Shown: positions 45,300 to 60,670 of the stretch, piece by piece
Position numbering within the stretch: position 1 is the stretch's first letter
Layout of the letters: every line of letters starts with the position of its first letter
DNA from: Eledone cirrhosa
Taxonomy: Eukaryota
NCBI GenBank assembly: GCA_964016885.1
Contig: OZ024744.1
Location: 47,802,001-47,866,000, forward strand
Direction of reading: 5' to 3'
Length of the DNA stretch: 64,000 nt
The notes under the pieces: model-generated
What the model saw: only the letters and a program-made list of their open reading frames with translations
The model's database searches: none
What the model was told of the DNA's origin: nothing
Program-made: the position numbers and the translations under genes

Positions 45300-48200
45300 A
45301 CCACATTAGACTATCAAGACCAGAACATTAACAACATCACATAGTCTATCAAGACCAGAACACCAACAACATCACATTAGACTATCAAGACCAGAACACC
45401 ACCCACATCACATTAGACTATCAAGACCAGAACACCAAACACATCACATTAGACTATCAAGACCAGAACACCAACCACATTAGACTACCAAGACCAGAAC
45501 ACCAACCACATCACATTGGACTATTAAGACCAGAACACCAACCACATTAGACTATCAAGACCAGAACTCCAACCACATTAGACTATCAAGACCAGAACAC
45601 CAACCACATCACATTAGACTATCAAGACCATAACACCAACCACATTAGACTATCAAGACCATAACACCAACCACATTAGACTATCAAGACCAGAACAACA
45701 ACTAGATCACATTAGACTATCAAGACCAGAACATCAACAATATCATTTTAGACTATCAAGACCAGAACACCAACATCATCACATTAGACTATCAAGACCA
45801 GAACACCAACCACATCACATTAGACTATCAAGACCAGAACACCAACCACATCACATTAGACTATCAAGACCAGAACACCAACCACATCACATTAGACTAT
45901 CAAGACGTGAACACCAACCACATTAGACTATCAAGACCAGAACACCAACCACATTAGACTATCAAGACCAGAACACCAACCACATTAGACTATCAAGACC
46001 AGAACACCAACCACATCACATTAGACTATCAAGACCAGAACACCAACCACATTAGATTTCAAGACCAGAACACCAACCACATTATACTATCAAGACCAGA
46101 ACACCAACCACATCACATTAGAATATCAAGACCAGAACACCAACCACATTAGACTATCAAGACCAGAACACCAACCACATCACATTAGACTATCAAGAAC
46201 AGAACACCAACCACATCACATTAGACTATCAAGACCAGTACACCAACCACATCACATTAGACTATCAAGACCAGAACACCAACCACATCACATTAGACTA
46301 TCAAGACGTGAACACCAACCACATTAGACTATCAAGACCAGAACACCAACAACATTAGACTATCAAGACCAGAACACCAACCACATTAGACTATCAAGAC
46401 CAGAACACCAACCACATCACATTAGACTATCAAGACCAGAACACCAACAACATCACATTAGACTATCAAGACCATAACACCAACCATATTAGACTATCAA
46501 GACCAGAACACCAACCACATCACATTAGACTATCAAGACCAGAACACCAACCACATTAGACTATCAAGACCAGAACACCAACCACATTAGACTATCAAGA
46601 CCAGAACACCAACCACATCACATTAGAATATCAAGACCAGAACACCAACCACATTAGACTATCAAGACCAGAACACCAACCACATCACATTAGACTAGCA
46701 AGACCAGAACACCAACCACATTAGACTATCAAGAACAGAACACCAACCACATTAGACTATCAAGAACAGAACACCAACCACATTAGACTATCAATACCAG
46801 AACACCAACCACATCACATTAGACTATCAAGACCAGAACACTAACCACATTAGACTATCAAGACCAGAACACTAACAACATCACATAGTCTATCAAGACC
46901 AGAACACCAACAACATCACATTAGACTATAAAGACCAGAACACCAACAACATCACATTAGACTATCAAGACCAGAACACCACCCACATCACATTAGACTA
47001 TCAAAACCAGAACACCAAACACATCACATAAGACTATCAAGACCAGAACACCAACCACATTAGACTACCATGACCAGAACAACAACCACATCACATTAGA
47101 CTATTAAGACCAGAACACCAACCACATCACATTAGACTATCAAGACCAGAACACCAACCACATTAGACTATCAAGACCAGAACTCCAACCACATCACATT
47201 AGACTATCAAGACCAGAACACCAACCACATTAGACTATCAAGACCAGAACACCAACCACATCACATTAGACTATCAAGACCAGAACACGAACCACATCAC
47301 ATTAGACTATCAAGACCAGAACACCAACCACATCACATTAGACTATCAAGACCATAACACCAACCACATTAGACTATCAAGACCATAACACCAACCACAT
47401 TAGACTATCAAGACCAGAACACCAACCACATTAGACTATCAAGACCAGAACACCAACCACATTAGACTATCAAGACCAGAACACCAACCACATCACATAA
47501 GACTATCAAGACCAGAACATAAACCACATCACATTAGCCTATCAAGACCAGAACACCAACCACATCACATTAGACTATCAAGACCAGAACACCAACCACA
47601 TCACATTAGACCATCAAGACCAGAACACCAACCACATCACATTAGACTATCAAGACCAGAACACCAACCGCATCACATTAGACTATCAAGACCAGAACAC
47701 CAACCACATTAGACTATCAAGACCAGAACACCAACCACATTAGACTATCAAGACCAGAACACCAACCACATTAGACTATCAAGACCAGAACACCAACCAC
47801 ATCACATAAGACTATCAAGACCAGAACATAAACCACATCACATTAGACTATCAAGACCAGAACACCAACCACATCACATTAGACTATCAAGACCAGAACA
47901 CCAACCACATCACATTAGACTATCAAGACCAGAACACTAACCCCATTAGACTATCAAGACCAGAACACCAACCACATTAGACTATCAAGACCAGAACACC
48001 AACCACATTAGACTATCAAGACCAGAACACCAACCACATTAGACTATCAAGACCAGAACTCCAACCACATTAGACTATCAAGACCAGAACACCAACCACA
48101 TCACATTAGACTATCAAGACCAGAACACCAACCACATTAGACTATCAAGACCAGAACACCAACAATATCATTTTAGACTATCAAGACCAGAACACCAACC

Positions 48201-48335
48201 ACATTAGACTATCAAGACCAGAACACCAACAACATTAGACTATCAAGACCAGAACACCAACCACATCACATTAGACTATCAAGACCAGAACACCAACCAC
48301 GTTAGACTATCAAGACCAGAACACCAACCACATCA
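45300..48335 (+). repeat. Domain B, copy 2 (3'-truncated)
   Basis: ATAGTC 45341/46885, ACTAGATCAC 45701, GACGTG 45904/46305 and CCACGTTAG ~48297, followed at once by the A-type TAGCC at 48339. The CATTTGAC and GAGAAG markers of the other B copies are missing. Confidence 0.85.
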
Positions 48336-51300
48336 CATTAGCCTATCAAGAACAGAACACCAACCACATTAGACTATCAAGACCAGAACACCAACCACAT
48401 TAGACTATCAAAACCAGAACACCAACCACATCACATTAGACTATCAAGACCAGAACACCAACCACATTAGACTATCAAGACCAGAACACCAACCACATCA
48501 CATTAGAATATCCAGACCAGAACACCTACCATATCACATTAGACTATCAAGACCTGAACACCAACCACATCACATTAGACTATCAAGACCAGAACACCAA
48601 CAACATCACATTAGACTATCAAGACCAGAACACCAACCACATTAGACTATCAAGAACATAACACCAACAACATTAGACTATCAAGAACATAACACCAACC
48701 ACATTAGACTATCAAGAACAGAACACCAACCACATTAGTCTATCAAGAACAGAACACCAACCACATTAGACTATCAAGACCAGAACACCAACAACATCAC
48801 ATTAGCCTATCAACAACAGAACACCAACCACATTAGACTATCAAGACCAGAACACCAACCACATTAGACTATCAAGACCAGAACACCAACCACATCACAT
48901 TAGACTATCAAGACCAGAACACCAACCACATTAGACTATCAACACCAGAACACCAACCACATCACATTAGAATATCAAGACCAGAACACCAACCACATCA
49001 CATTAGACTATCAAGACCTGAACACCAACCACATCACATTAGACTATCAAGACCAGAACACCAACCACATTAGACTATCAAGAACATAACACCAGCAACA
49101 TTAGACTATCAAGACCATAACACCAACCACATTAGACTATCAAGAACAGAACACCAACCACATTAGACTATCAAGACCAGAACACCAACAACAATAGACT
49201 ATCAAGACCAGAACACCAACCACATTAGACTATCAAGAACAGAACACCAACCACATTAGACTATCAAGACCAGAACACCAACCACATTAGACTATCAAGA
49301 ACAGAACACCAACCACATTAGACTATCAAGAACAGAACACCAACCACATTAGACTATCAAGACCAGAACACCAACCACATTAGACTATCAAGACCAGAAC
49401 ACCAACCACATCACATTAGACTATCAAGACCAGAACACCAACCACATTAGACTATCAAGACCAGAACACCAACCACATCACATTAGACTATCAAGACCAG
49501 AACACCAACCACATCACATTAGACTATCACGACCTGAACACCAACCACATCACATTAGACTATCAAGACCAGAACACCAACAACATCACATTAGACTATC
49601 AAGACCAGAACACCAACCACATTAGACTATCAAGAACAGAACACCAACAACATTAGACTATCAAGACCATAACACCAACCACATTAGACTATCAAGAACA
49701 GAACACTAACCACATTAGACTATCAAGACCAGAACACCAACAACAATAGACTATCAAGACCAGAACACCAACCACATTAGACTATCAAGAACAGAACACC
49801 AACCACATTAGACAATCAAGACCAGAACACCAACCACATTAGACTATCAAGAACAGAAAACCAACCACATTAGACTATCAAGAACAGAACACCAACCACA
49901 TTAGACTATCAAGACCAGAACACCAACCACATCACATTAGCCTATCAAGAACAGAACACCAACCACATTAGACTATCAAGACCAGAAGACCAACCACATT
50001 AGACTATCAAAACCAGAACACCAACCACATCACATTAGACTATCAAGACCAGAACAGCACCCACATTAGACTATCAAGACCAGAACACCAACCACATCAC
50101 ATTAGAATATCAAGACCAGAACACCAACCATATCACATTAGACTATCAAGACCTGAACACCAACCACATCACATTAGACTATCAAGACCAGAACACCAAC
50201 AACATCACATTAGACTATCAAGACCAGAACACCAACCACATTAGACTATCAAGAACATAACACCAACAACATTAGACTATCAAGACCATAACACCAACCA
50301 CATTAGACTATCAAGAACAGAATACCAACCACATTAGACTATCAAGACCAGAACACCAACAACAAAAGACTATCAAGACCAGAACACCAACCACATTAGA
50401 CTATCAAGAACAGAACACCAACCACATTAGACTATCAAGACCAGAACACCAACCACATTAGACTATCAAGAACAGAACACCAACCACATTAGACTATCAA
50501 GAACAGAACACCAACCACATTAGACTATCAAGACCAGAACACCAACCACATCACATTAGCCTATCAAGAACAGAACACCAACCACATTAGACTATCAAGA
50601 CCAGAACACCAACCACATTAGACTATCAAGACAAGAACACCAACCACTTCACATTAGACTATCAAGACCAGAACACCAACCACATTAGACTATCAAGACC
50701 AGAACACCAACCACATCACATTAGAATATCAAGACCAGAACACCAACCACATCACATTAGACTATCAAGACCTGAACACCAACCTCATCACATTAGACTA
50801 TCAAGACCAGAACACCAACAACATCACATTAGACTATCAAGACCAGAACACCAACCACATTAGACTATCAAGAACAGAACACCAACAACATTAGACTATC
50901 AGGACCATAACACCAACCACATTAGACTATCAAGAACAGAACACCAACCACATTAGACTATCAAGACCAGAACACCAACAACATTAGACTATCAAGACCA
51001 GAACACCAACCACATTAGACTATCAAGGACAGAACACCAACCATATTAGACTATCAAGACCAGAACACCAACCACATTAGACTATCAAGAACAGAACACC
51101 AACCACATTAGACTATCAAGAACAGAACACCAACCACATTAGACTATCAAGACCAGAACACCAACCACATCACATTAGCCTATCAAGAACAGAACACCAA
51201 CCACATTAGACTATCAAGACCAGAACACCAACCACATTAGACTATCAAGAACAGAACACAAACCACATTAGACTATCAAGACCAGAACACCAACCACATT

Positions 51301-51510
51301 AGACTATCAAGACCAGAACACCAAACACATTACACTATCAAGAACAGAACACCAACCACATTAGACTATCAAGAACAGAACACCAACCACATTAGACTAT
51401 CAAGAACAGAACACCAACCACATTAGACTATCAAGAACAGAACACCAACCACATTAGACTATCAAGAACAGAACACCAACCACATTAGACTATCAAGAAC
51501 AGAACACAAA
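48336..51510 (+). repeat. Short domain A block (~3.2 kb)
   Basis: TAGCC at 48339, 48803, 49938, 50557 and 51176, with GACCTG and TAGAATATC markers in HOR order. Confidence 0.83.
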
Positions 51511-54500
51511 CCACATTAGACTATCAAGACCAGAACATTAACAACATCACATAGTCTATCAAGACCAGAACAGCAACAACATCACATTAGACTATCAAGA
51601 CCAGAACACCACCCACATCACATTAGACTATCAAGACCAGAACACCAAACACATCACATTAGACTATCAAGACCAGAACACCAACCACATTAGACTACCA
51701 AGACCAGAACACCAACCACATCACATTGGACTATTAAGACCAGAACACCAACCACATTAGACTATCAAGACCAGAACTCCAACCACATTAGACTATCAAG
51801 ACCAGAACACCAACCACATCACATTAGACTATCAAAACCATAACACCAACCACATTAGACTATCAAGACCATAACACCAACCACATTAGACTATCAAGAC
51901 CAGAACAACAACTAGATCACATTAGACTATCAAGACCAGAACATCAACAATATCATTTTAGACTATCAAGACCAGAACACCAACAACATAACATTAGACT
52001 ATCAAGACCAGAACACCAACCACATCACATTAGACTATCAAGACCAGAACACCAACCACATCACATTAGACTATCAAGACCAGAACACCAACCACATCAC
52101 ATTAGACTATCAAGACGTGAACACCAACCACATTAGACTATCAAGACCAGAACACCAACCACATTAGACTATCAAGACCAGAACACCAACCACATTAGAC
52201 TATCAAGACCAGAACACCAACCACATCACATTAGACTATCAAGACCAGAACACCAACCACATTAGATTTCAAGACCAGAACACCAACCACATTATACTAT
52301 CAAGACCAGAACACCAACCACATCACATCAGAATATCAAGACCAGAACACCAACCACATTAGACTATCAAGACCAGAACACCAACCACATCACATTAGAC
52401 TATCAAGAACAGAACACCAACCACATCACATTAGACTATCAAGACCAGTACACCAACCACATCACATTAGACTATCAAGACCAGAACACCAACCACATCA
52501 CATTAGACTATCAAGACGTGAACACCAACCACATTAGACTATCAAGACCAGAACACCAACAACATTAGACTATCAAGACCAGAACACCAACCACATTAGA
52601 CTATCAAGACCAGAACACCAACCACATCACATTAGACTATCAAGACCAGAACACCAACAACATCACATTAGACTACCAAGACCATAACACCAACCATATT
52701 AAACTATCAAGACCAGAACACCAACCACATCACATTAGACTATCAAGACCAGAACACCAACCACATTAGACTATCAAGACCAGAACACCAATCACATTAG
52801 ACTATCAAGACCAGAACACCAACCACATCACATTAGAATATCAAGACCAGAACACCAACCACATTAGACTATCAAGACCAGAACACCAACCACATCACAT
52901 TAGACTATCAAGACCAGAACACCAACCACATTAGACTATACAGAACAGAACACCAACCACATTAGACTATCAAGAAAAGAACACCAACCACATTAGACTA
53001 TCAAGACCAGAACACCAACCACATCACATTAGACTATCAAGACCAGAACACTAACCACATTAGACTATCAAGACCAGAACACTAACAACATCACATAGTC
53101 TATCAAGACCAGAACACCAACAACATCACAATAGACTATAAAGACCAGAACACCAACAACATCACATTAGACTATCAAGACCAGAACACTACCCACATCA
53201 CATTAGACTATCAAAACCAGAACACCAAACACATCACATAAGACTATCAAGACCAGAACACCAACCACATTAGACTACCATGACCAGAACAACAACCACA
53301 TCACATGAGACTATTAAGACCAGAACACCAACCACATCACATTAGACTATCAAGACCAGAACACCAACCACATTAGACTATCAAGACCAGAACTCCAACC
53401 ACATCACATTAGACTATCAAGACCAGAACACCAACCACATTAGACTATCAAGACCAGAACACCAACCACATCACATTAGACTATCAAGACCAGAACACCA
53501 ACCACATCACATTAGACTATCAAGACCAGAACACCAACCACATCACATTAGACTATCAAGACCATAACACCAACCACATTAGACTATCAAGACCATAACA
53601 CCAACCACATTAGACTATCAAGACCAGAACACCAACCACATTAGACTATCAAGACCAGAACACCAACCACATTAGACTATCAAGACCAGAACACCAACCA
53701 CATCACATAAGACTATCAAGACCAGAACATAAACCACATCACATTAGATTATCAAGACCAGAACACCAACCACATCACATTAGACTATCAAGACCAGAAC
53801 ACCAACCACATCACATTAGACCATCAAGACCAGAACACCAACCACATCACATTAGACTATCAAGACCAGAACACCAACCACATCACATTAGACTATCAAG
53901 ACCAGAACACCAACCACATTAGACTATCAAGACCAGAACACCAACCACATTAGACTATCAAGACCAGAACACCAACCACATTAGACTATCAAGACCAGAA
54001 CACCAACCACATCACATAAGACTATCAAGACCAGAACATAAACCACATCACATTAGACTATCAAGACCAGAACACCAACCACATCACATTAGACTATCAA
54101 GACCAGAACACCAACCACATCACATTAGACTATCAAGACCAGAACACTAACCACATTAGACTATCAAGACCAGAACACCAACCACATTAGACTATCAAGA
54201 CCAGAACACCAACCACATTAGACTATCAAGACCAGAACACCAACCACATTAGACTATCAAGACCAGAACTCCAACCACATTAGACTATCAAGACCAGAAC
54301 ACCAACCACATCACATTAGACTATCAAGACCAGAACACCAACAATATCATTTTAGACTATCAAGACCAGAACACCAACCACATTAGACTATCAAGACCAG
54401 AACACCAACAACATTAGACTATCAAGACCAGAACACCAACCACATCACATTAGACTATCAAGACCAGAACACCAACCACGTTAGACTATCAAGACCAGAA

Positions 54501-55240
54501 CACCAACCACATCACATTTGACTATCAAGACCAGAACACCAACCACATCACATTAGACTATCAAGACCAGAACACAAACCACATCACATTAGACTATCAA
54601 GACCAGAACACCAACCACATCACATTAGACTATCAAGACCAGAACACCAACCACATTAGACTATCAAGACCAGAACTCCAACCACATTAGACTATCAAGA
54701 GAAGAACACCAACCACATCACATTAGACTATCAAGACCAGAACTCCAACCACATTAGACTATCAAGACCAGAACACCAACAACATTAGACTATCAACACC
54801 AGAACTCCAACCACATTAGACTATCAAGACCAGAACTCCAACCACATTAGACTATCAAGACCAGAACACCAACCACATTAGACTATCAAGACCAGAACAC
54901 CAACCACATTAGACTATCAAGACCAGAACACCAACCACATCACATTAGACTATCAAGACCAGAACACCAACCACATTAGACTATCAAGACCAGAACACCA
55001 ACCACATCACATTAGACTATCAAGACCAGAACACCAACCACATTAGACTATCAAGACCAGAACACCAACCACATTAGACTATCAAAACCAGAACACCAAC
55101 CACATTAGACTATCAAGACCAGAACACCAACCACATCACATTAGACTATCAAGACCAGAACACCAACCACATTAGACTATCAAGACCAGAACACCAACCA
55201 CATTAGACTATCAAGACCAGAACACCAACCACATTAGACT
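51510..55240 (+). repeat. Domain B, copy 3
   Basis: ATAGTC 51551/53095, ACTAGATCAC 51911, GACGTG ~52114/52515, CCACGTTAG ~54476 and GAGAAG ~54699. Confidence 0.85.
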
Positions 55241-58200
55241 ATCAAGACCATAACACCAACCACATCACATCAGACTATCAAGAGCAGAACACCAACCACA
55301 TTAGACTATCAAGACCAGAACACCAACCACATTAGACAATCAAGAACAGAACTCCAACCACATTACAATATCAAGACCAGAACACCAACCACATCACATT
55401 AGACTATCAAGACCAGAACACCAACCACATCACATTAGACTATCAAGACCAGAACACCAACCACATTAGACTATCATGACCAGAACACCAACCACATTAG
55501 ACTATCAAGACCATAACACCAACCACATCACATCAGACTATCAAGAGCAGAACACCAACCACATTAGACTATCAAGACCAGAACACCAACCACATTAGAC
55601 TATCAAGACCAGAACACCAACCACATTAGACTATCAAGACCAGAACACCAACCACATTAGACTATCAAGACCAGAACACCAACCACATTAGACTATCAAG
55701 AACAGAACACCAACCACATTAGACTATCAAGACCAGAACACCAACCACATTAGACTATCAAGACCAGAACACCAACCACATCACATAAGACTATCAAGAC
55801 CAGAACATAAACCACATCACATTAGACTATCAAGACCAGAACACCAACCACATCACATTAGACTATCAAGACCAGAGCACCAACCACATCACATTAGACT
55901 ATCAAGACCTGAACACCAACCACATCACATTAGACTATCAAGACCAGAACACCAACAACATCACATTAGACTATCAAGACCAGAACACCAACCACATTAG
56001 ACTATCAAGAACAGAACACCAACAACATTAGACTATCAAGACCATAACACCAACCACATTAGACTATCAAGAACAGAACACCAACCACATTAGACTATCA
56101 AGACCAGAACACCAACAACAATAGACTATCAAGACCAGAACACCAACCACATTAGACTATCAAGAACAGAACACCAACCACATTAGACTATCAAGACAAG
56201 AACACCAACCACATTAGACTATCAAGAACAGAACACCAACCACATTAGACTATCAAGACCAGAACACCAACCACATCACATTAGCCTATCAAGAACAGAA
56301 CACCAACCACATTAGACTATCAAGACCAGAACACCAACCACATTATACTATCAAAACCAGAACACCAACCACATCACATTAGACTATCAAGACCAGAACA
56401 CCAACCACATTAGACTATCAAGACCAGAACACCAACCACATCACATTAGAATATCCAGACCAGAACACCAACCATATCACATTAGACTATCAAGACCTGA
56501 ACACCAACGACATCACATTAGACTATCAAGACCAGAACACCAACAACATCACATTAGACTATCAAGACCAGAACACCAACCACATTAGACTATCAAGAAC
56601 ATAACACCAACAACATTAGACTATCAAGAACATAACACCAACCACATTAGACTATCAAGAACAGAACACCAACCACATTAGACTATCAAGAACAGAATAC
56701 CAACCACATTAGACTATCAAGACCAGAACACCAACAACATCACATTAGCCTATCAAGAACAGAACACCAACCACATTAGACTATCAAGACCAGAACACCA
56801 ACCACATTAGACTATCAAGACCAGAACACCAACCACATCACATTAGACTATCAAGACCAGAACACCAACCACATTAGACTATCAAGACAAGAACACCAAC
56901 CACATCACATTAGAATATCAAGACCAGAACACCAATCACATCACATTAGACTATCAAGACCTGAACACCAACCACATCACATTAGACTATCAACACCAGA
57001 ACACCAACAACATCACATTAGACTATCAAGACCAGAACACCAACCACATTAGACTATCAAGAACATAACACCAGCAACATTAGACTATCAATACCATAAC
57101 ACCAACCACATTAGACTATCAAGAACAGAACACCAACCACATTAGACTATCAAGACCAGAACACCAACAACAATAGACTATCAAGACCAGAACACCAACC
57201 ACATTAGACTATCAAGAACAGAACACCAACCATATTAGACTATCAAGACCAGAACACCAACCACATTAGACTATCAAGAACAGAACACCAACCACATTAG
57301 ACTATCAAGAACAGAACACCAACCACATTAGACTATCAAGACCAGAACAACAACCACATTAGACTATCAAGACCAGAACACCAACCACATCACATTAGAC
57401 TATCAAGACCAGAACACCAACCACATTAGACTATCAAGACCAGAACACCAACCACATCACATTAGACTATCAAGACCAGAACACCAACCACATCACATTA
57501 GACTATCAAGACCTGAACACCAACCACATCACATTAGACTATCAAGACCAGAACACCAACAACATCACATTAGACTATCAAGACCAGAACACCAACCACA
57601 TTAGACTATCAAGAACAGAACACCAACAACATTAGACTATCAAGACCATAACACCAACCACATTAGACTATCAAGAACAGAACACCAACCACATTAGACT
57701 ATCAAGACCAGAACACCAACAACAATAGACTATCAAGACCAGAACACCAACCACATTAGACTATCAAGAACAGAACACCAACCACATTAGACTATCAAGA
57801 CCAGACCACCAACCACATTAGACTATCAAGAACAGAATACCAACCACATTAGACTATCAAGAACAGAACACCAACCACATTAGACTATCAAGACCAGAAC
57901 ACCAACCACATCACATTAGCCTATCTAGAACAGAACACCAACCACATTAGACTATCAAGACCAGAACACCAACCACATTAGACTATCAAAACCAGAACAC
58001 CAACCACATCACATTAGACTATCAAGACCAGAACACCACCCACATTAGACTATCAAGACCAGAACACCAACCACATCACATTAGAATATCAAGACCAGAA
58101 CACCAACCATATCACATTAGACTATCAAGACCTGAACACCAACCACATCACATTAGACTATCAAGACCAGAACACCAACAACATCACATTAGACTATCAA

Positions 58201-60670
58201 GACCAGAACACAAACCACATTAGACTATCAAGAACATAACACCAACAACATTAGACTATCAAGACCATAACACCCACCACATTAGACTATCAAGAACAGA
58301 ATACCAACCACATTAGACTATCAAGACCAGAACACCAACAACAATAGACTATCAAGACCAGAACACCAACCACATTAGACTATCAAGAACAGAACACCAA
58401 CCACATTAGACTATCAAGACCAGAACACCAACCACATTAGACTATCAAGAACAGAACACCAACCACACTAGACTATCAAGAACAGAACACCAACCACATT
58501 AGTCTATCAAGACCAGAACACCAACCACATCACATTAGCCTATCAAGAACAGAACACCAACCACATTAGACTATCAAGACCAGAACACCAACCACATTAG
58601 ACTATCAAGACAAGAACACCAACCACATCACATTAGACTATCAAGACCAGAACACCAACCACATCAGATTAGACTATCCTGACCAGAACACCAACCACAT
58701 TAGACTATCAAGAACAGAACTCCAACCACATTACACTATCAAGACCAGAACTCCAACCACATCACATTAGACTATCAAGACCAGAACACCAACCACATCA
58801 CATTAGACTATCAAGACCAGAACACCAACCACATTAGACTATCATGACCAGAACACCAACCACATTAGACTATCAAGACCATAACACCAACCACATCACA
58901 TCAGACTATCAAGAGCAGAACACCAACCACATTAGACTATCAAGACCAGAACACCAACCACATTAGACTATCAAGACCAGAACACCAACCACATTAGACT
59001 ATCAAGACCAGAACACCAACCACATTAGACTATCAAGACCAGAACACCAACCACATTAGACTATCAAGACCAGAACACCAACCACATTAGACTATCAAGA
59101 CCAGAACACCAACCACATTAGACTATCAAGACCAGAACACCAACCACATTAGACTATCAAGACCAGAACACCAACCACATCACATAAGACTATCAAGACC
59201 AGAACATAAACCACATCACATTAGACTATCAAGACCAGAACACCAACCACATCACATTAGACTATCAAGACCAGAACACCAACCACATCACATTAGACTA
59301 TCAAGACCTGAACACCAACCACATCACATTAGACTATCAAGACCAGAACACCAACAACATCACATTAGACTATCAAGACCAGAACACCAACCACATTAGA
59401 CTATCAAGAACAGAACACCAACAACATTAGACTATCAAGACCATAACACCAACCACATTAGACTATCAAGACCAGAACACCAACCACATTAGACTATCAA
59501 GAACATAACACCAACAACATTAGACTATCAAGAACATAACACCAACCACATTAGACTATCAAGAACAGAACACCAACCACATTAGACTATCAAGAACAGA
59601 ATACCAACCACATTAGACTATCAAGACCAGAACACCAACAACATCACATTAGCCTATCAAGAACAGAACACCAACCACATTAGACTATCAAGACCAGAAC
59701 ACCAACCACATTAGACTATCAAGACCAGAACACCAACCACATCACATTAGACTATCAAGACCAGAACACCAACCACATTAGACTATCAAGACTAGAACAC
59801 CAACCACATCACATTAGAATATCAAGACCAGAACACCAATCACATCACATTAGACTATCAAGACCTGAACACCAACCACATCACATTAGACTATCAACAC
59901 CAGAACACCAACAACATCACATTAGACTATCAAGACCAGAACACCAACCACATTAGACTATCAAGAACATAACACCAGCAACATTAGACTATCAATACCA
60001 TAACACCAACCACATTAGACTATCAAGAACAGAACACCAACCACATTAGACTATCAAGACCAGAACACCAACAACAATAGACTATCAAGACCAGAACACC
60101 AACCACATTAGACTATCAAGAACAGAACACCAACCATATTAGACTATCAAGACCAGAACACCAACCACATTAGACTATCAAGAACAGAACACCAACCATA
60201 TTAGACTATCAAGACCAGAACACCAACCACATTAGACTATCAAGAACAGAACACCAACCACATTAGACTATCAAGAACAGAACACCAACCACATTAGACT
60301 ATCAAGACCAGAACACCAACCACATCACATTAGCCTATCAAGAACAGAACACCAACCACATTAGACTATCAAGACCAGAACACCAACCACATTAGACTAT
60401 CAAGAACAGAACACAAACAACATTAGACTATCAAGACCAGAACACCAACCACATTAGACTATCAAGACCAGAACACCAAACACATTACACTATCAAGAAC
60501 AGAACACCAACCACATTAGACTATCAAGAACAGAACACCAACCACATTAGACTATCAAGAACAGAACACCAACCACATTAGACTATCAAGAACAGAACAC
60601 CAACCACATTAGACTATCAAGAACAGAACACCAACCACATTAGACTATCAAGAACAGAACACAAACCACA
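55241..60670 (+). repeat. Short domain A block (~5.4 kb)
   Basis: GAGCAG cassette at ~55282, 55545 and 58913, and TAGCC/GACCTG HOR markers throughout. Much of the marker order parallels 5280-7700 and 38280-41900. Confidence 0.82.

Larger units (their letters stand above)
5261..45300 (+). repeat. Expanded domain A (~40 kb) built from the 619-bp HOR, its deletion variants and a recurrent marker cassette
   Basis: TAGCC, TAGAATATC, GACCTG, AACAATAG and GAACAGAAC variants recur in fixed order. The B-specific markers ACTAGATCAC, GACGTG, TAGATTTC and CATAGTC were not seen in this interval. Confidence 0.85.
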
